Shown here: positions 52,239 through 62,577 of the stretch, piece by piece | Layout of the letters: every line of letters begins with the position of its first letter | Position numbering within the stretch: the stretch's first letter is position 1 | Origin: Escherichia phage vB_EcoM_G50 | Direction: 5' to 3' (one strand) | Sequence record: NC_054917.1 | DNA: 64,000 nt | Notes under the pieces: generated by a model | Told to the model about the DNA's origin: nothing | What the model saw: only the letters and a program-made list of their open reading frames with translations | The model's database searches: none | Translations under genes and position numbers: made by a program

Positions 52239-55200
52239 ATGGCCGAGATTAAAAGAAAGTTCAGAGCAGAAGATGGTCTGGACGCAGGTGGCGATAAAAT
52301 AATCAACGTAGCTTTAGCTGATCGTACCGTAGGAACTGACGGTGTTAACGTTGATTACCTAATTCAAGAAAACACAGTTCAACAATACGATCCAACTCGT
52401 GGATATTTAAAAGATTTTGTAATCATTTATGATAACCGCTTTTGGGCTGCTATAAATGATATTCCAAAACCGGCAGGAACTTTTAATAGTGGACGCTGGA
52501 GAGCATTGCGTACTGATGCTAACTGGATCACAGTCTCATCTGGTTCATATCAATTAAAATCCGGTGAAGCTATTTCGGTTAACACTGCAGCTGGTAATGA
52601 TATTACATTTACTTTACCATCTTCCCCAATTGACGGTGATACTATCGTTCTCCAAGATATTGGAGGAAAACCTGGAGTTAACCAAGTTTTAATTGTAGCT
52701 CCAGTGCAAAGTATTGTAAACTTCAGAGGTGAACAAGTACGATCAGTACTAATGACTCATCCAAAATCACAGTTGGTTTTAATTTTTAGTAATCGTCTGT
52801 GGCAAATGTATGTTGCTGATTATAGTAGAGAAGCTGTAATTGCGACACCAGCGAATACTTATCAAGCGCAATCCAATGATTTTATCGTACGTAGATTTAC
52901 TTCTGCCGCACCGATTAATATTAAACTTCCGAGATTTGCTAATCACGGTGATATTATTAATTTCGTCGATTTGGACAAATTAAATCCACTTTATCATACA
53001 ATTGTCACAACATACGATGAAACTACTTCAGTACAAGAAGATGGAACTCATTCTATTGAAGGCCGTACATCAATTGACGGTTTCTTGATGTATGATGATA
53101 ATGAAAAATTGTGGAGATTGTTTGACGGGGACAGTAAAGCACGTTTACGTATTATAACGACTAATTCAAACATTCGTCCAAATGAAGAAGTTATGGTATT
53201 TGGTGCGAATAATGGAATAACTCAAACAATTGAACTCCAGCTTCCAACTAATATTTCTGTTGGTGATACTGTTAAAATTTCCATGAATTACATGAGAAAA
53301 GGACAAACAGTTAAAATCAAAGCTGCCGGTGAAGATAAAATTGCTTCTTCAGTTCAATTGCTGCAATTCCCAAAACGTTCAGAATATCCGCCTGAAGCTG
53401 AATGGGTGACTGTTCAAGAATTAGTTTTTAACGGTGAAACTAATTATGTTCCAGTTTTACAACTTGCTTATATAGAAGATTCTGACGGAAAATACTGGGT
53501 AGTACAGCAAAACGTTCCAACCGTAGAAAGAGTTGATTCTTTAAATGATTCTACTAGAGCGAGATTAGGCGTAATTGCTTTAGCTACACAAGCTCAAGCT
53601 AACGTCGATTTAGAAAATTCTCCGCAAAAAGAATTAGCAATTACACCAGAAACATTAGCTAACCGTACTGCTACAGAAACTCGCAGAGGTATCGCAAGAA
53701 TAGCAACAACTGCTCAAGTGAATCAGAACACCACATTCTCTTTTGCTGACGATATTATCATCACTCCTAAAAAGCTGAATGAAAGAACTGCTACAGAAAC
53801 TCGCAGAGGCGTTGCTGAAATTGCTACGCAACAGGAAACTAATGCAGGTACTGATGATACTACAATCATCACTCCTAAAAAGCTTCAAGCTCGACAAGGT
53901 TCTGAATCATTATCAGGTATTGTAACCTTTGTATCTACTACAGGAGCTACTCCAGCTTCTAGTCGTGAATTAAATGGTACAAACGTTTATAATAAAAACA
54001 CTAATAATTTAGTCGTTTCGCCTAAAGCTTTGGATCAGTATAAAGCTACTCCAACGCAACAAGGTGCAGTAATTTTAGCAGTTGAAAGTGAAGTAATTGC
54101 TGGACAAAGCCAAGAAGGATGGGCAAATGCGGTTGTAACGCCAGAAACGTTACACAAAAAGACATCGACTGATGGAAGAATTGGTTTAATTGAAATTGCT
54201 ACGCAAAGTGAAGTTAATACAGGAACTGATTATACTCGTGCAGTCACTCCTAAAACTTTAAATGACCGTATAGCAACTGAAAGTTTAAGTGGTATAGCTG
54301 AAATTGCTACGCAAGTTGAATTCGACGCAGGCGTCGACGATACTCGTATCTCTACACCATTAAAAATTAAAACCAGATTTAATAGTACTGATCGTACTTC
54401 TGTTGTTGCTCTATCTGGATTAGTTGAATCAGGAACTCTCTGGGACCATTATACCCTTAATATTCTTGAAGCAAATGAGACACAGCGTGGTACACTTCGT
54501 GTAGCTACACAAGTTGAAGCTGCTGCAGGAACATTAGATAATGTTTTAATAACTCCTAAAAAGCTTTTAGGTACTAAATCTACCGAATCGCAGGAAGGTG
54601 TTATTAAAGTTGCAACTCAGTCTGAAACTGTAACTGGAACGTCAGCAAATACTGCTGTATCTCCAAAAAATTTAAAATGGATTGTGCAGAGTGAACCTAC
54701 TTGGGCAGCTACTACTGCGATAAGAGGTTTTGTTAAAACTTCATCCGGTTCAATTACATTCGTTGGTAATGATACAGTTGGTTCTACACAGAGCTTAGAG
54801 CTATACGAGAAAAATAGCTATGCAGTATCACCGTACGAATTAAACCGTGTATTAGCAAATTATTTGCCGTTAAAAGCAAAAGCCGCTGACGCGAATTTAT
54901 TAGATGGTCTAGATTCATCCCAGTTCATTCGTAGGGATATTGCACAGACGGTTAATGGTTCACTAACCTTAACCCAACAAACGAATCTAAGTGCCCCTCT
55001 TGTATCATCTAGTACTGCTACGTTTGGTGGATCAGTTTCGGCAAATAGTACATTAACTATTTCTAATACTGGAACGGCAACTCGTCTGATTTTTGAGAAA
55101 GGACCTCAAACTGGAACTAACCCAGTACAGACGATGACTATCAGAGTTTGGGGAAATCAGTTTGGTGGCGGTTCAGATACAACACGTTCTACTGTATTTG

Positions 55201-56108
55201 AAGTTGGTGATGAAACGTCTAATCACTTTTATTCTCAACGTAATAAAGCTGGGAATATAACGTTTAGTATCAATGGTACTGTAATGCCGATAAATGTTAA
55301 CGCTTCAGGTTCTTTGAATGCGAATGGCGTTGCAACATTTGGTAGTTCAGTTACTGCTAATGGTGAATTCATCAGCAAGTCTGCAAATGCTTTTAGAGCA
55401 ATAAGTGGTAATTATGGATTCTTTATTCGCAATGATGCTGCTAACACCTATTTTATGCTCACTGCATCGGGTGATCAGACTGGCGGATTTAATGGATTAC
55501 GTCCTTTAGCTATTAATAATGCATCTGGTCAAGTAACGATTGGTGAAAGCTTAATCATTGCCAAAGGTGCTACTATAAATTCAGGTGGTTTAACTGTTAA
55601 CTCGAGAATTCGTTCTCAGGGCACTAAAACATCTGACTTATATACCCGTGCGCCAACATCTGATACCGTAGGATTCTGGTCAATTGACATTAATGATTCA
55701 GCTACTTATAATCAGTTCCCAGGTTATTTTAAAATGGTTGAAAAAACTAATGAAGTGACTGGACTTCCATACTTAGAACGTGGTGAAGAAGTTAAATCTC
55801 CTGGTACATTGACTCAGTTTGGTAACACACTTGATTCGCTTTACCAAGATTGGATTACTTATCCAACGACTCCAGAAGCGCGTACCACTCGCTGGACACG
55901 CACATGGCAGAAAACCAAAAACTCCTGGTCAAGTTTTGTTCAGGTATTTGATGGAGGTAACCCTCCTCAACCGTCTGATATCGGTGCTTTACCATCTGAT
56001 AATGCTACAATGGGGAATCTTACTATTCGTGATTTCTTACGAATTGGTAATGTTCGCATTATTCCTGACCCAGTGAATAAAACGGTTAAATTTGAATGGG
56101 TTGAATAA
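52239..56108 (+). CDS. 34: Long tail fiber proximal subunit gp34
   Basis: 1289 aa, T4 length; internal TPKKL/TATETRRG repeats; TATAAATA upstream. Confidence 0.95.
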   Translation: MAEIKRKFRAEDGLDAGGDKIINVALADRTVGTDGVNVDYLIQENTVQQYDPTRGYLKDFVIIYDNRFWAAINDIPKPAGTFNSGRWRALRTDANWITVSSGSYQLKSGEAISVNTAAGNDITFTLPSSPIDGDTIVLQDIGGKPGVNQVLIVAPVQSIVNFRGEQVRSVLMTHPKSQLVLIFSNRLWQMYVADYSREAVIATPANTYQAQSNDFIVRRFTSAAPINIKLPRFANHGDIINFVDLDKLNPLYHTIVTTYDETTSVQEDGTHSIEGRTSIDGFLMYDDNEKLWRLFDGDSKARLRIITTNSNIRPNEEVMVFGANNGITQTIELQLPTNISVGDTVKISMNYMRKGQTVKIKAAGEDKIASSVQLLQFPKRSEYPPEAEWVTVQELVFNGETNYVPVLQLAYIEDSDGKYWVVQQNVPTVERVDSLNDSTRARLGVIALATQAQANVDLENSPQKELAITPETLANRTATETRRGIARIATTAQVNQNTTFSFADDIIITPKKLNERTATETRRGVAEIATQQETNAGTDDTTIITPKKLQARQGSESLSGIVTFVSTTGATPASSRELNGTNVYNKNTNNLVVSPKALDQYKATPTQQGAVILAVESEVIAGQSQEGWANAVVTPETLHKKTSTDGRIGLIEIATQSEVNTGTDYTRAVTPKTLNDRIATESLSGIAEIATQVEFDAGVDDTRISTPLKIKTRFNSTDRTSVVALSGLVESGTLWDHYTLNILEANETQRGTLRVATQVEAAAGTLDNVLITPKKLLGTKSTESQEGVIKVATQSETVTGTSANTAVSPKNLKWIVQSEPTWAATTAIRGFVKTSSGSITFVGNDTVGSTQSLELYEKNSYAVSPYELNRVLANYLPLKAKAADANLLDGLDSSQFIRRDIAQTVNGSLTLTQQTNLSAPLVSSSTATFGGSVSANSTLTISNTGTATRLIFEKGPQTGTNPVQTMTIRVWGNQFGGGSDTTRSTVFEVGDETSNHFYSQRNKAGNITFSINGTVMPINVNASGSLNANGVATFGSSVTANGEFISKSANAFRAISGNYGFFIRNDAANTYFMLTASGDQTGGFNGLRPLAINNASGQVTIGESLIIAKGATINSGGLTVNSRIRSQGTKTSDLYTRAPTSDTVGFWSIDINDSATYNQFPGYFKMVEKTNEVTGLPYLERGEEVKSPGTLTQFGNTLDSLYQDWITYPTTPEARTTRWTRTWQKTKNSWSSFVQVFDGGNPPQPSDIGALPSDNATMGNLTIRDFLRIGNVRIIPDPVNKTVKFEWVE
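53667..53809. repeat. Intragenic direct repeats in gene 34
   Basis: 23-bp perfect repeat actgctacagaaactcgcagagg at 53667 and 53787, plus repeated atcatcactcctaaaaagct; encode repeated fibre motifs. Confidence 0.8.
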
Positions 56109-56116
56109 GAGGTATT

Positions 56117-57232
56117 ATGGAAAAATTTATGGCAGAGTTTGGACAAGGATACGTCCAAACGCCATTTTTATCGGAAAGTAATTCAGTAAGATATAAAATA
56201 AGTATAGCGGGTTCTTGCCCGCTTTCTACTGCAGGACCATACGTTAAATTTCAGGATAATCCTGTCGGAAATCAAACATTTAACGCAGGTCTTCATTTAA
56301 GAGTTTTTGACCCTTCCACAGGAGCATTAGTTGATAGTAAGTCATATGCTTTTTCGACTTCAAATGATACTACATCAGCTGCTTTTGTTAGTTTCATGAA
56401 TTCTTTGGCGAATAATAGACTTGTTGCTATATTAACTAGCGGAAAGGTTAATTTTCCTCCTGAAGTAGTATCTTGGCTAAGAGCCGCAGGAACGTCTGCT
56501 TTTCCATCTGATTCTATATTGTCAAGATTCGACGTATCATATGCTGCTTTTTACACTTCTTCTAAAAGAGCTATTGCATTAGAGCATGTTAAATTAAGTA
56601 ATAGAAAAAGCACAGATGATTATCAAACTATTTTAGATGTTGTATTTGACAGTTTAGAAGATGTTGGAGCTACCGGCTTTCCAAGAAGAACATATGAAAG
56701 CATCGAGCAATTTATGTCAGCAGTCGGTGGAACTAATAACGAAATTGCGCGATTGCCAACTTCAGCTGCCATAAGTAAATTATCTGACTATAATTTAATC
56801 CCTGGTGATGTTCTTTATCTTAAAGCACAGTTATATGCTGATGCCGATTTACTTGCGCTTGGAACCACAAATATATCTATCCGTTTTTATAACGCATCAA
56901 ATGGATATATTTCTTCAACACAAGCTGAGTTTACCGGACAAGCTGGGTCTTGGGAATTAAAGGAAGATTATGTAGTTGTTCCAGAAAACGCTGTGGGATT
57001 TACGATATATGCACAAAGAACTGCACAAGCTGGTCAAGGTGGCATGAGAAATTTAAGCTTTTCTGAAGTGTCAAGAAATGGAGGTATTTCGAAACCTGCT
57101 GAATTTGGCGTCAACGGCATTCGCGTTAATTATATCTGTGAATCTGCTTCACCTCCGGATATAATGGTACTTCCTACACAAGCATCGTCTAAAACTGGTA
57201 AAGTGTTTGGGCAAGAATTTAGAGAAGTATAA
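56117..57232 (+). CDS. 35: Long tail fiber hinge connector gp35
   Basis: 371 aa; position. Confidence 0.9.
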   Translation: MEKFMAEFGQGYVQTPFLSESNSVRYKISIAGSCPLSTAGPYVKFQDNPVGNQTFNAGLHLRVFDPSTGALVDSKSYAFSTSNDTTSAAFVSFMNSLANNRLVAILTSGKVNFPPEVVSWLRAAGTSAFPSDSILSRFDVSYAAFYTSSKRAIALEHVKLSNRKSTDDYQTILDVVFDSLEDVGATGFPRRTYESIEQFMSAVGGTNNEIARLPTSAAISKLSDYNLIPGDVLYLKAQLYADADLLALGTTNISIRFYNASNGYISSTQAEFTGQAGSWELKEDYVVVPENAVGFTIYAQRTAQAGQGGMRNLSFSEVSRNGGISKPAEFGVNGIRVNYICESASPPDIMVLPTQASSKTGKVFGQEFREV

Positions 57233-57237
57233 ATTGA

Positions 57238-57262
57238 GGGAGCCTTCGGGTTCCCTTTTTCT
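57238..57262 (+). terminator. Terminator after gene 35 (UUCG tetraloop)
   Basis: GGGAGCC-TTCG-GGTTCCC then TTTTTCTTT. Confidence 0.55.
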
Positions 57263-57263
57263 T

Positions 57264-57271
57264 TATAAATA
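57264..57271 (+). promoter_or_regulatory. Late promoter motif TATAAATA (gene 36)
   Basis: exact motif after gene 35 terminator. Confidence 0.55.
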
Positions 57272-57294
57272 CTATTAAAATAAAGGGGCATACA

Positions 57295-57960
57295 ATGGCT
57301 GATTTAAAAGTAGGTTCAACAACCGGAGGCTCTGTCATTTGGCATCAAGGAAATTTTCCATTGAATCCAGCCGGTGACGATGTACTCTATAAATCATTTA
57401 AAATATATTCAGAATACAATAAACCACAAGCTGCTGATAACGATTTCGTTTCTAAAGCTAATGGTGGTACTTATGCGTCAAAGGTAACATTTAACAGTGG
57501 CGTGCAAATACCATATGCTATAAACAACACAAACCAAAGCGGTATTTATCCTGGCAATGGTGATGCTGCTACTTTTGATACAGCAAATATTGATATTGTT
57601 TCATGGTATGGCATTGGTTTTAAATCATCGCAAGGATCTGCAGGTAGAACTGTTGTTGTTAACACTCGTACTGGTGATATCAGCACTAAGGGTGGTATTT
57701 ATGCAATCGGACCCGTCCGTTCTAACGTTACCGCTCCAGTTGCAGCAAATGATCTTACTAGAAAAGACTATGTTGATGGAGCAATAAATACTGTTACGGC
57801 AAATGCGAACTCTAGAGTGTTACGATCTGGTGACACTATGACGGGAAACTTAACCGCACCAAACTTTTTCTCGCAGAATCCTGCATCTCAACCTTCACAT
57901 GTTCCACGATTTGACCAAATCGTAATTAAGGATTCTGTTCAAGATTTCGGCTATTATTAA
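57295..57960 (+). CDS. 36: Long tail fiber distal connector gp36
   Basis: 221 aa, T4 length; late promoter upstream. Confidence 0.9.
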   Translation: MADLKVGSTTGGSVIWHQGNFPLNPAGDDVLYKSFKIYSEYNKPQAADNDFVSKANGGTYASKVTFNSGVQIPYAINNTNQSGIYPGNGDAATFDTANIDIVSWYGIGFKSSQGSAGRTVVVNTRTGDISTKGGIYAIGPVRSNVTAPVAANDLTRKDYVDGAINTVTANANSRVLRSGDTMTGNLTAPNFFSQNPASQPSHVPRFDQIVIKDSVQDFGYY

Positions 57961-57968
57961 GAGGACTT

Positions 57969-60900
57969 ATGGCTACTTTAAAACAAATACAATTTAAAAG
58001 AAGCAAAACCGCAGGTGCACGTCCTGCTGCTTCAGTATTAGCCGAAGGTGAATTGGCTATAAACTTAAAAGATAGAACAATTTTTACTAAAGATGATTCA
58101 GGAAATATCATTGACTTAAGCATTTCCGCTGGCGGTAATATCAGTGGTAATATCACTCAAACTGGTGATTATACACAGACTGGAAAATTTAATTTAATTG
58201 GTCCGCAAATTGTAGCAAGCGGTGGATATATTGAGTTTAATTATCGTACTACTGGAAGTGGGGTTTGGTCCGGTCAACACACTGCAAAAGCTCCAATTTT
58301 TGTAGATTTAAGCTCAGCTACTTCCACATCTGAATATAATCCTATAATTAAACAGCGCTTTAAAGACGGAACTTTTTCATTAGGTACTTTAGTTTCTGAA
58401 GGTTCGTTGAAGATTCATTATATTGATGAAACTGGTCAATCTAAATATTGGACATTTGCGCGCTCAGGTAATTTTCAAGTTGATTCTGGTAATTTATTAG
58501 TATCTGGTGGGTATTTAGTCGCTCAGAGTAATATTGAAACAAGAACAGGTTCTTTGATTGGTCCATCTGTTGTAACTAAAAATATTTCATTTGATACGAA
58601 AGCGTTTGGACAATACGATTCGCAGTCATTAGTTCAATATGTTTATCCTGGAACAGGCGAAGAAAATGGTATAAACTATCTTCGTAAAGTTCGAGCTAAA
58701 TCAGGTGGAACTATTTACCATGAAATTGCTTCTGCGCAGACTGGTAAGAATGATGAAATTTCTTGGTGGACCGGAAACTCGCTTACCACTAAATTAATGG
58801 GTCTTCGTAATGATGGCGCAATGGTATTACGTCGTTCACTTGCTATTGGCACAATTACCGCTGATGAAAATACTAACAACTATGGTTCTCCTACTCCAAT
58901 GGGAGAAAGATATATTGCTTTGGGTGATGCTGCAACCGGTTTAAAATATATTAAGCAAGGTGTTTATGATTTAGTAGGTAATTGGAATTCTGTTGCTTCT
59001 ATTACTCCTGATAGTTTCCGTAGTACTCGTAAAGCATTATTTGGACGTTCAGAAGATCAAGGCGGAACCTGGACAATGCCTGGAACGAACGCTGCTCTCT
59101 TGTCTGTTCAAACCCAGGCAGATGTGAATAACGCAGGCGATGGTCAAACCCACATTGGATATAATTCTGGCGGTAAATTTTCCCATTATTTCCGCGGTAA
59201 AGGCCAAACCAACATTAATACACAGGAAGGTATGGAAATTAACCCTGGTATTTTGAAATTGGTAACTGGCTCTAATAACGTACAGTTTTATGCTAATGGA
59301 ACAGTATCTTCAATACAAAGAATTAAATTTGATAACGGATTAGTTCTTACTGGTGCTAGACCTGACGGTATTCAACTTGACGCTCCTACATCAGCAGATG
59401 GCACTAAAACTATACTGTGGGCTGGTGGTACTCGCGCAGGTCAGAATAAAAGTTATGTATCTATTAAAGCGTGGGGTAATTCATTTAACGCATCTGGCGA
59501 TCGTGCTCGTGAAACAGTTTTTGAAGTGGCTGACGGGCAGGGATATTATTTTTATGCACAACGCACTACTCCTGCATCAGGTCAAACAGTAGGTCCGGTT
59601 AACTTTAAATTTAACGGAACTGTCGAAACAGGCCATATCATAGGCCTTGGAAATATAAGTGCCTCCGGTACAGGTTCTTTTGGTGGCAATGTTACCATGT
59701 CTAACGGTTTGTTTGTCCAAGGTGGTTCTTCTATTACTGGACAAGTTAAAATCGGCGGAACATCAGATGCATTAAGAATTTGGAATGCTGAATATGGTGC
59801 TATTTTCCGTCGTTCTGAAGATAAGTTTTATATTATTCCAACCCCACAGAATGCGGGTGAATCAGGCGGCATTTCTAATTTACGTCCGTTCTATATTGCA
59901 TTAAGTAATGGTAAAGTTTCCATGGATCATGATGTAGATATCGGCGGCGGTAGATTTAAAGTAGAAGTGGCTGGAACTACTTCTAATCAACGTATAACAC
60001 TAAATATGGCATCAGATGCTATTAGAATAAATGCTCCAACGCAAGAGTCTTCTAACTTCATCCAAGGACGTAAAGCAGATGTCCCAAAATGGTATTTGGG
60101 TATTGGCGATGGCGGAAACGTCGTTCGTATGCATAGTTACACTTACTCCCATGGTATTGCATTAAACTCTGATACTGTCGATATTACTAAGCCCCTTAAA
60201 ATTAATAATATTCGAATTGGTACAGATGGCAACATCACAGGTGGTACTGATAATTTTGCCAACTTAAATACAACGTTAAATCGTAAAGTTAATTCTGGAT
60301 TTATTACTTATGGAGCAACTGCTGGATGGTATAAGTTTGCAACAGTAACAATGCCACAATCCACTTCTACAGTCTTCTTTAAAATAGCCGGTGGTTCTGG
60401 ATTTAATAGCGGATTATTCACACAGTGCAATATTGCTGAAATTGTTTTACGTACTAGTAATGAAAGACCTGCTGACTTAAATGCTGTATTATACACAAGA
60501 ACAATTGCAGCTGCATTTAAAAATATTGCAGTTAATAACGTCTCTGGAGATACATATGACATTTATGTTTATGCCGGAACATATTGCAATCAATTAACTT
60601 GTGAATGGTCATGTACCGAAAATGCTGCTGTTAGCGTTATTGGTATTAACTCATCGACCCAATCACCTGTGGATGCTCTTCCAGATACAGCAGTTGATGG
60701 GCAAGTTGCTAATGTTCTTAATAACTTGGTTGATCGCGGCAAAGGTAAGCGTTATGAAGCCGATTCTGAAATAGCTATTAATAGCCAAACTGGTATTCGT
60801 ATTAGAAGCAACAGCGATAAAACTGGTTCTGTTGCTACAATGCTACGAAATGATGGCGGTAGTTTTTATATTCTGTTTACAGATAAAAATGCCACCGATG

Positions 60901-61724
60901 GCGAAGCGACTGTTAACGGTGAATGGAATAGTAAGCGTCCTTTCGCTATTAACTTAACAACCGGTGAAGTGATGATGAATAATGGCATAGCTGTTCGCAG
61001 CGCTGCTTTATTCTATAATAGCATAAACGTCAAAGATAATGGTTCTATTAACTTTGATAAATCAGGTGCTAACCCGAGAAATATGAGAATATTTCATGCT
61101 GGCGATGCTTCTCGCGGTAACCGTATTGAAATTGCCGATGAAACTAACTATATTGCTTACTTTGAAAAAGCTCCAGGTGGAGCTAACCGCTTTGTAGTAA
61201 ATAATGCTACTGTAGCTGGTGTTAACCAAATGAATTCATTTGGTATTAATATCAATAACGCACTTGGTGGAAATAGTATAGCATTTGGTGATAGCGATAC
61301 TGGTATTAAGCAAAATGGCGATGGATTATTAGACATATATGCGAACAGCGTACAAGTATTCCGTTTCCAAAACGGTGATTTGTACTCATACAAAAATATA
61401 AATGCTCCAAACGTTTATATTCGTTCTGATATTCGTTTAAAATCCAACTTTAAACCTATCGAAAATGCACTTGATAAAGTTGAAAAACTTAACGGTGTCA
61501 TTTACGATAAAGCTGAATACATTGGTGGAGAGGCAATTGAAACTGAAGCGGGTATTGTGGCTCAAACGCTACAAGACGTTTTACCAGAAGCTGTCCGTGA
61601 AACAGAAGACAGTAAGGGTAATAAAATACTCACTGTTTCTTCTCAAGCCCAGATTGCTCTTCTGGTTGAAGCTGTGAAAACACTTTCTGCTCGTGTAAAA
61701 GAACTTGAATCTAAACTTATGTAA
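57969..61724 (+). CDS. 37: Long tail fiber distal subunit gp37, T2-type with C-terminal intramolecular chaperone domain
   Basis: 1251 aa (T4 is 1026 as recalled); conserved N-terminus; C-terminal SDIRLKSN...LDKVEKLNGVIY resembles the autoproteolytic S74-type chaperone domain. Confidence 0.9.
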   Translation: MATLKQIQFKRSKTAGARPAASVLAEGELAINLKDRTIFTKDDSGNIIDLSISAGGNISGNITQTGDYTQTGKFNLIGPQIVASGGYIEFNYRTTGSGVWSGQHTAKAPIFVDLSSATSTSEYNPIIKQRFKDGTFSLGTLVSEGSLKIHYIDETGQSKYWTFARSGNFQVDSGNLLVSGGYLVAQSNIETRTGSLIGPSVVTKNISFDTKAFGQYDSQSLVQYVYPGTGEENGINYLRKVRAKSGGTIYHEIASAQTGKNDEISWWTGNSLTTKLMGLRNDGAMVLRRSLAIGTITADENTNNYGSPTPMGERYIALGDAATGLKYIKQGVYDLVGNWNSVASITPDSFRSTRKALFGRSEDQGGTWTMPGTNAALLSVQTQADVNNAGDGQTHIGYNSGGKFSHYFRGKGQTNINTQEGMEINPGILKLVTGSNNVQFYANGTVSSIQRIKFDNGLVLTGARPDGIQLDAPTSADGTKTILWAGGTRAGQNKSYVSIKAWGNSFNASGDRARETVFEVADGQGYYFYAQRTTPASGQTVGPVNFKFNGTVETGHIIGLGNISASGTGSFGGNVTMSNGLFVQGGSSITGQVKIGGTSDALRIWNAEYGAIFRRSEDKFYIIPTPQNAGESGGISNLRPFYIALSNGKVSMDHDVDIGGGRFKVEVAGTTSNQRITLNMASDAIRINAPTQESSNFIQGRKADVPKWYLGIGDGGNVVRMHSYTYSHGIALNSDTVDITKPLKINNIRIGTDGNITGGTDNFANLNTTLNRKVNSGFITYGATAGWYKFATVTMPQSTSTVFFKIAGGSGFNSGLFTQCNIAEIVLRTSNERPADLNAVLYTRTIAAAFKNIAVNNVSGDTYDIYVYAGTYCNQLTCEWSCTENAAVSVIGINSSTQSPVDALPDTAVDGQVANVLNNLVDRGKGKRYEADSEIAINSQTGIRIRSNSDKTGSVATMLRNDGGSFYILFTDKNATDGEATVNGEWNSKRPFAINLTTGEVMMNNGIAVRSAALFYNSINVKDNGSINFDKSGANPRNMRIFHAGDASRGNRIEIADETNYIAYFEKAPGGANRFVVNNATVAGVNQMNSFGININNALGGNSIAFGDSDTGIKQNGDGLLDIYANSVQVFRFQNGDLYSYKNINAPNVYIRSDIRLKSNFKPIENALDKVEKLNGVIYDKAEYIGGEAIETEAGIVAQTLQDVLPEAVRETEDSKGNKILTVSSQAQIALLVEAVKTLSARVKELESKLM

Positions 61725-61725
61725 A

Positions 61726-61753
61726 AGAGGGCTTCGGCCCTCTAAGGATTTTT
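61726..61753 (+). terminator. Hairpin/attenuator between genes 37 and 38 (UUCG tetraloop)
   Basis: AGAGGGC-TTCG-GCCCTCT then short T-run overlapping gene 38 RBS. Confidence 0.4.
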
Positions 61754-61754
61754 A

Positions 61755-62546
61755 ATGGCAATTGTAGGTGTTCCTGGCTGGATTGGCGAATCTGCCGTGA
61801 ATGAAACTGGACAACGTTGGATGGATGCTGCAATGAAAGCAGTTCGCGTTTCAGTTCCTGGTTGGATGAGCTCAATGGCTGGACAATCTAAAGAAGTATA
61901 TTACAGTATTGGTGCTAGCAATTCTTATAATAAAGACACGCTAATAAATTGGATAAAAGCCCAAGGAAGCACTCCTGTTGTTATTACAATTACAGGCAAT
62001 ATCGTTTCTTCATCGACAGGTCAACCATGCTTAGATTTTCCTAGCTCATTAACTAATGCATACGTTACCTTAAACATTAATAGTGGGGTTCATGTATTAG
62101 GTCGGGGAGGAAATGGCGGAAGTAACTCTGCTGGTAGAGCAGGCGGAACTGCAATAAATAACGGAATTGGAACTCGTTTAAGAATAAACAATAATGGTAT
62201 TATTGGCGGTGGCGGCGGTGGCGGCGCAGGCGCTAGATACAATCCTTTCCCTCAAATGGATATGATATTTGGCGGTGGCGGAGGTCGTCCATTTGGTGCA
62301 GCCGGTGCAGCTGGAGGCGGTGCCGCGGCAGCATCGGCTGGTACAATTTCTGCTCCTGGTAAAGGCACTGTTTCTGGGGTTCACCACGGAGGAGATGGTG
62401 GAGATTTGGGAGCTGCTGGCAAATCTTCATATATTCAAGGCGGTACTGGAGGAACTATTTACTCGGGTGGCGCTGCTGGTAAAGCTGTTACTGGAAACGC
62501 TCCAACTTGGACTAAAGTTGGTACAATATATGGTGCAAGGGTATAA
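61755..62546 (+). CDS. 38: Receptor-recognising adhesin gp38 (T2-type, glycine-rich motifs)
   Basis: 263 aa; poly-Gly blocks (GGGGGGAGAR, GGGGGRPFGAAGAAGGG) separating variable segments. Confidence 0.85.
   Translation: MAIVGVPGWIGESAVNETGQRWMDAAMKAVRVSVPGWMSSMAGQSKEVYYSIGASNSYNKDTLINWIKAQGSTPVVITITGNIVSSSTGQPCLDFPSSLTNAYVTLNINSGVHVLGRGGNGGSNSAGRAGGTAINNGIGTRLRINNNGIIGGGGGGGAGARYNPFPQMDMIFGGGGGRPFGAAGAAGGGAAAASAGTISAPGKGTVSGVHHGGDGGDLGAAGKSSYIQGGTGGTIYSGGAAGKAVTGNAPTWTKVGTIYGARV
62200..62345. repeat. GGY-codon simple repeats encoding glycine-rich motifs of gp38
   Basis: runs of ggcggtggcggcggtggcggc and related. Confidence 0.8.
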
Positions 62547-62577
62547 TTTTGAATAAATATCCTTAAAAGGAGGGTCT

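Noticed and set aside
62521-62577. Late promoter for holin gene t
   Set aside because: Only AATAAATA and a TATAAT-like sequence are present, no exact TATAAATA, so no promoter was called.
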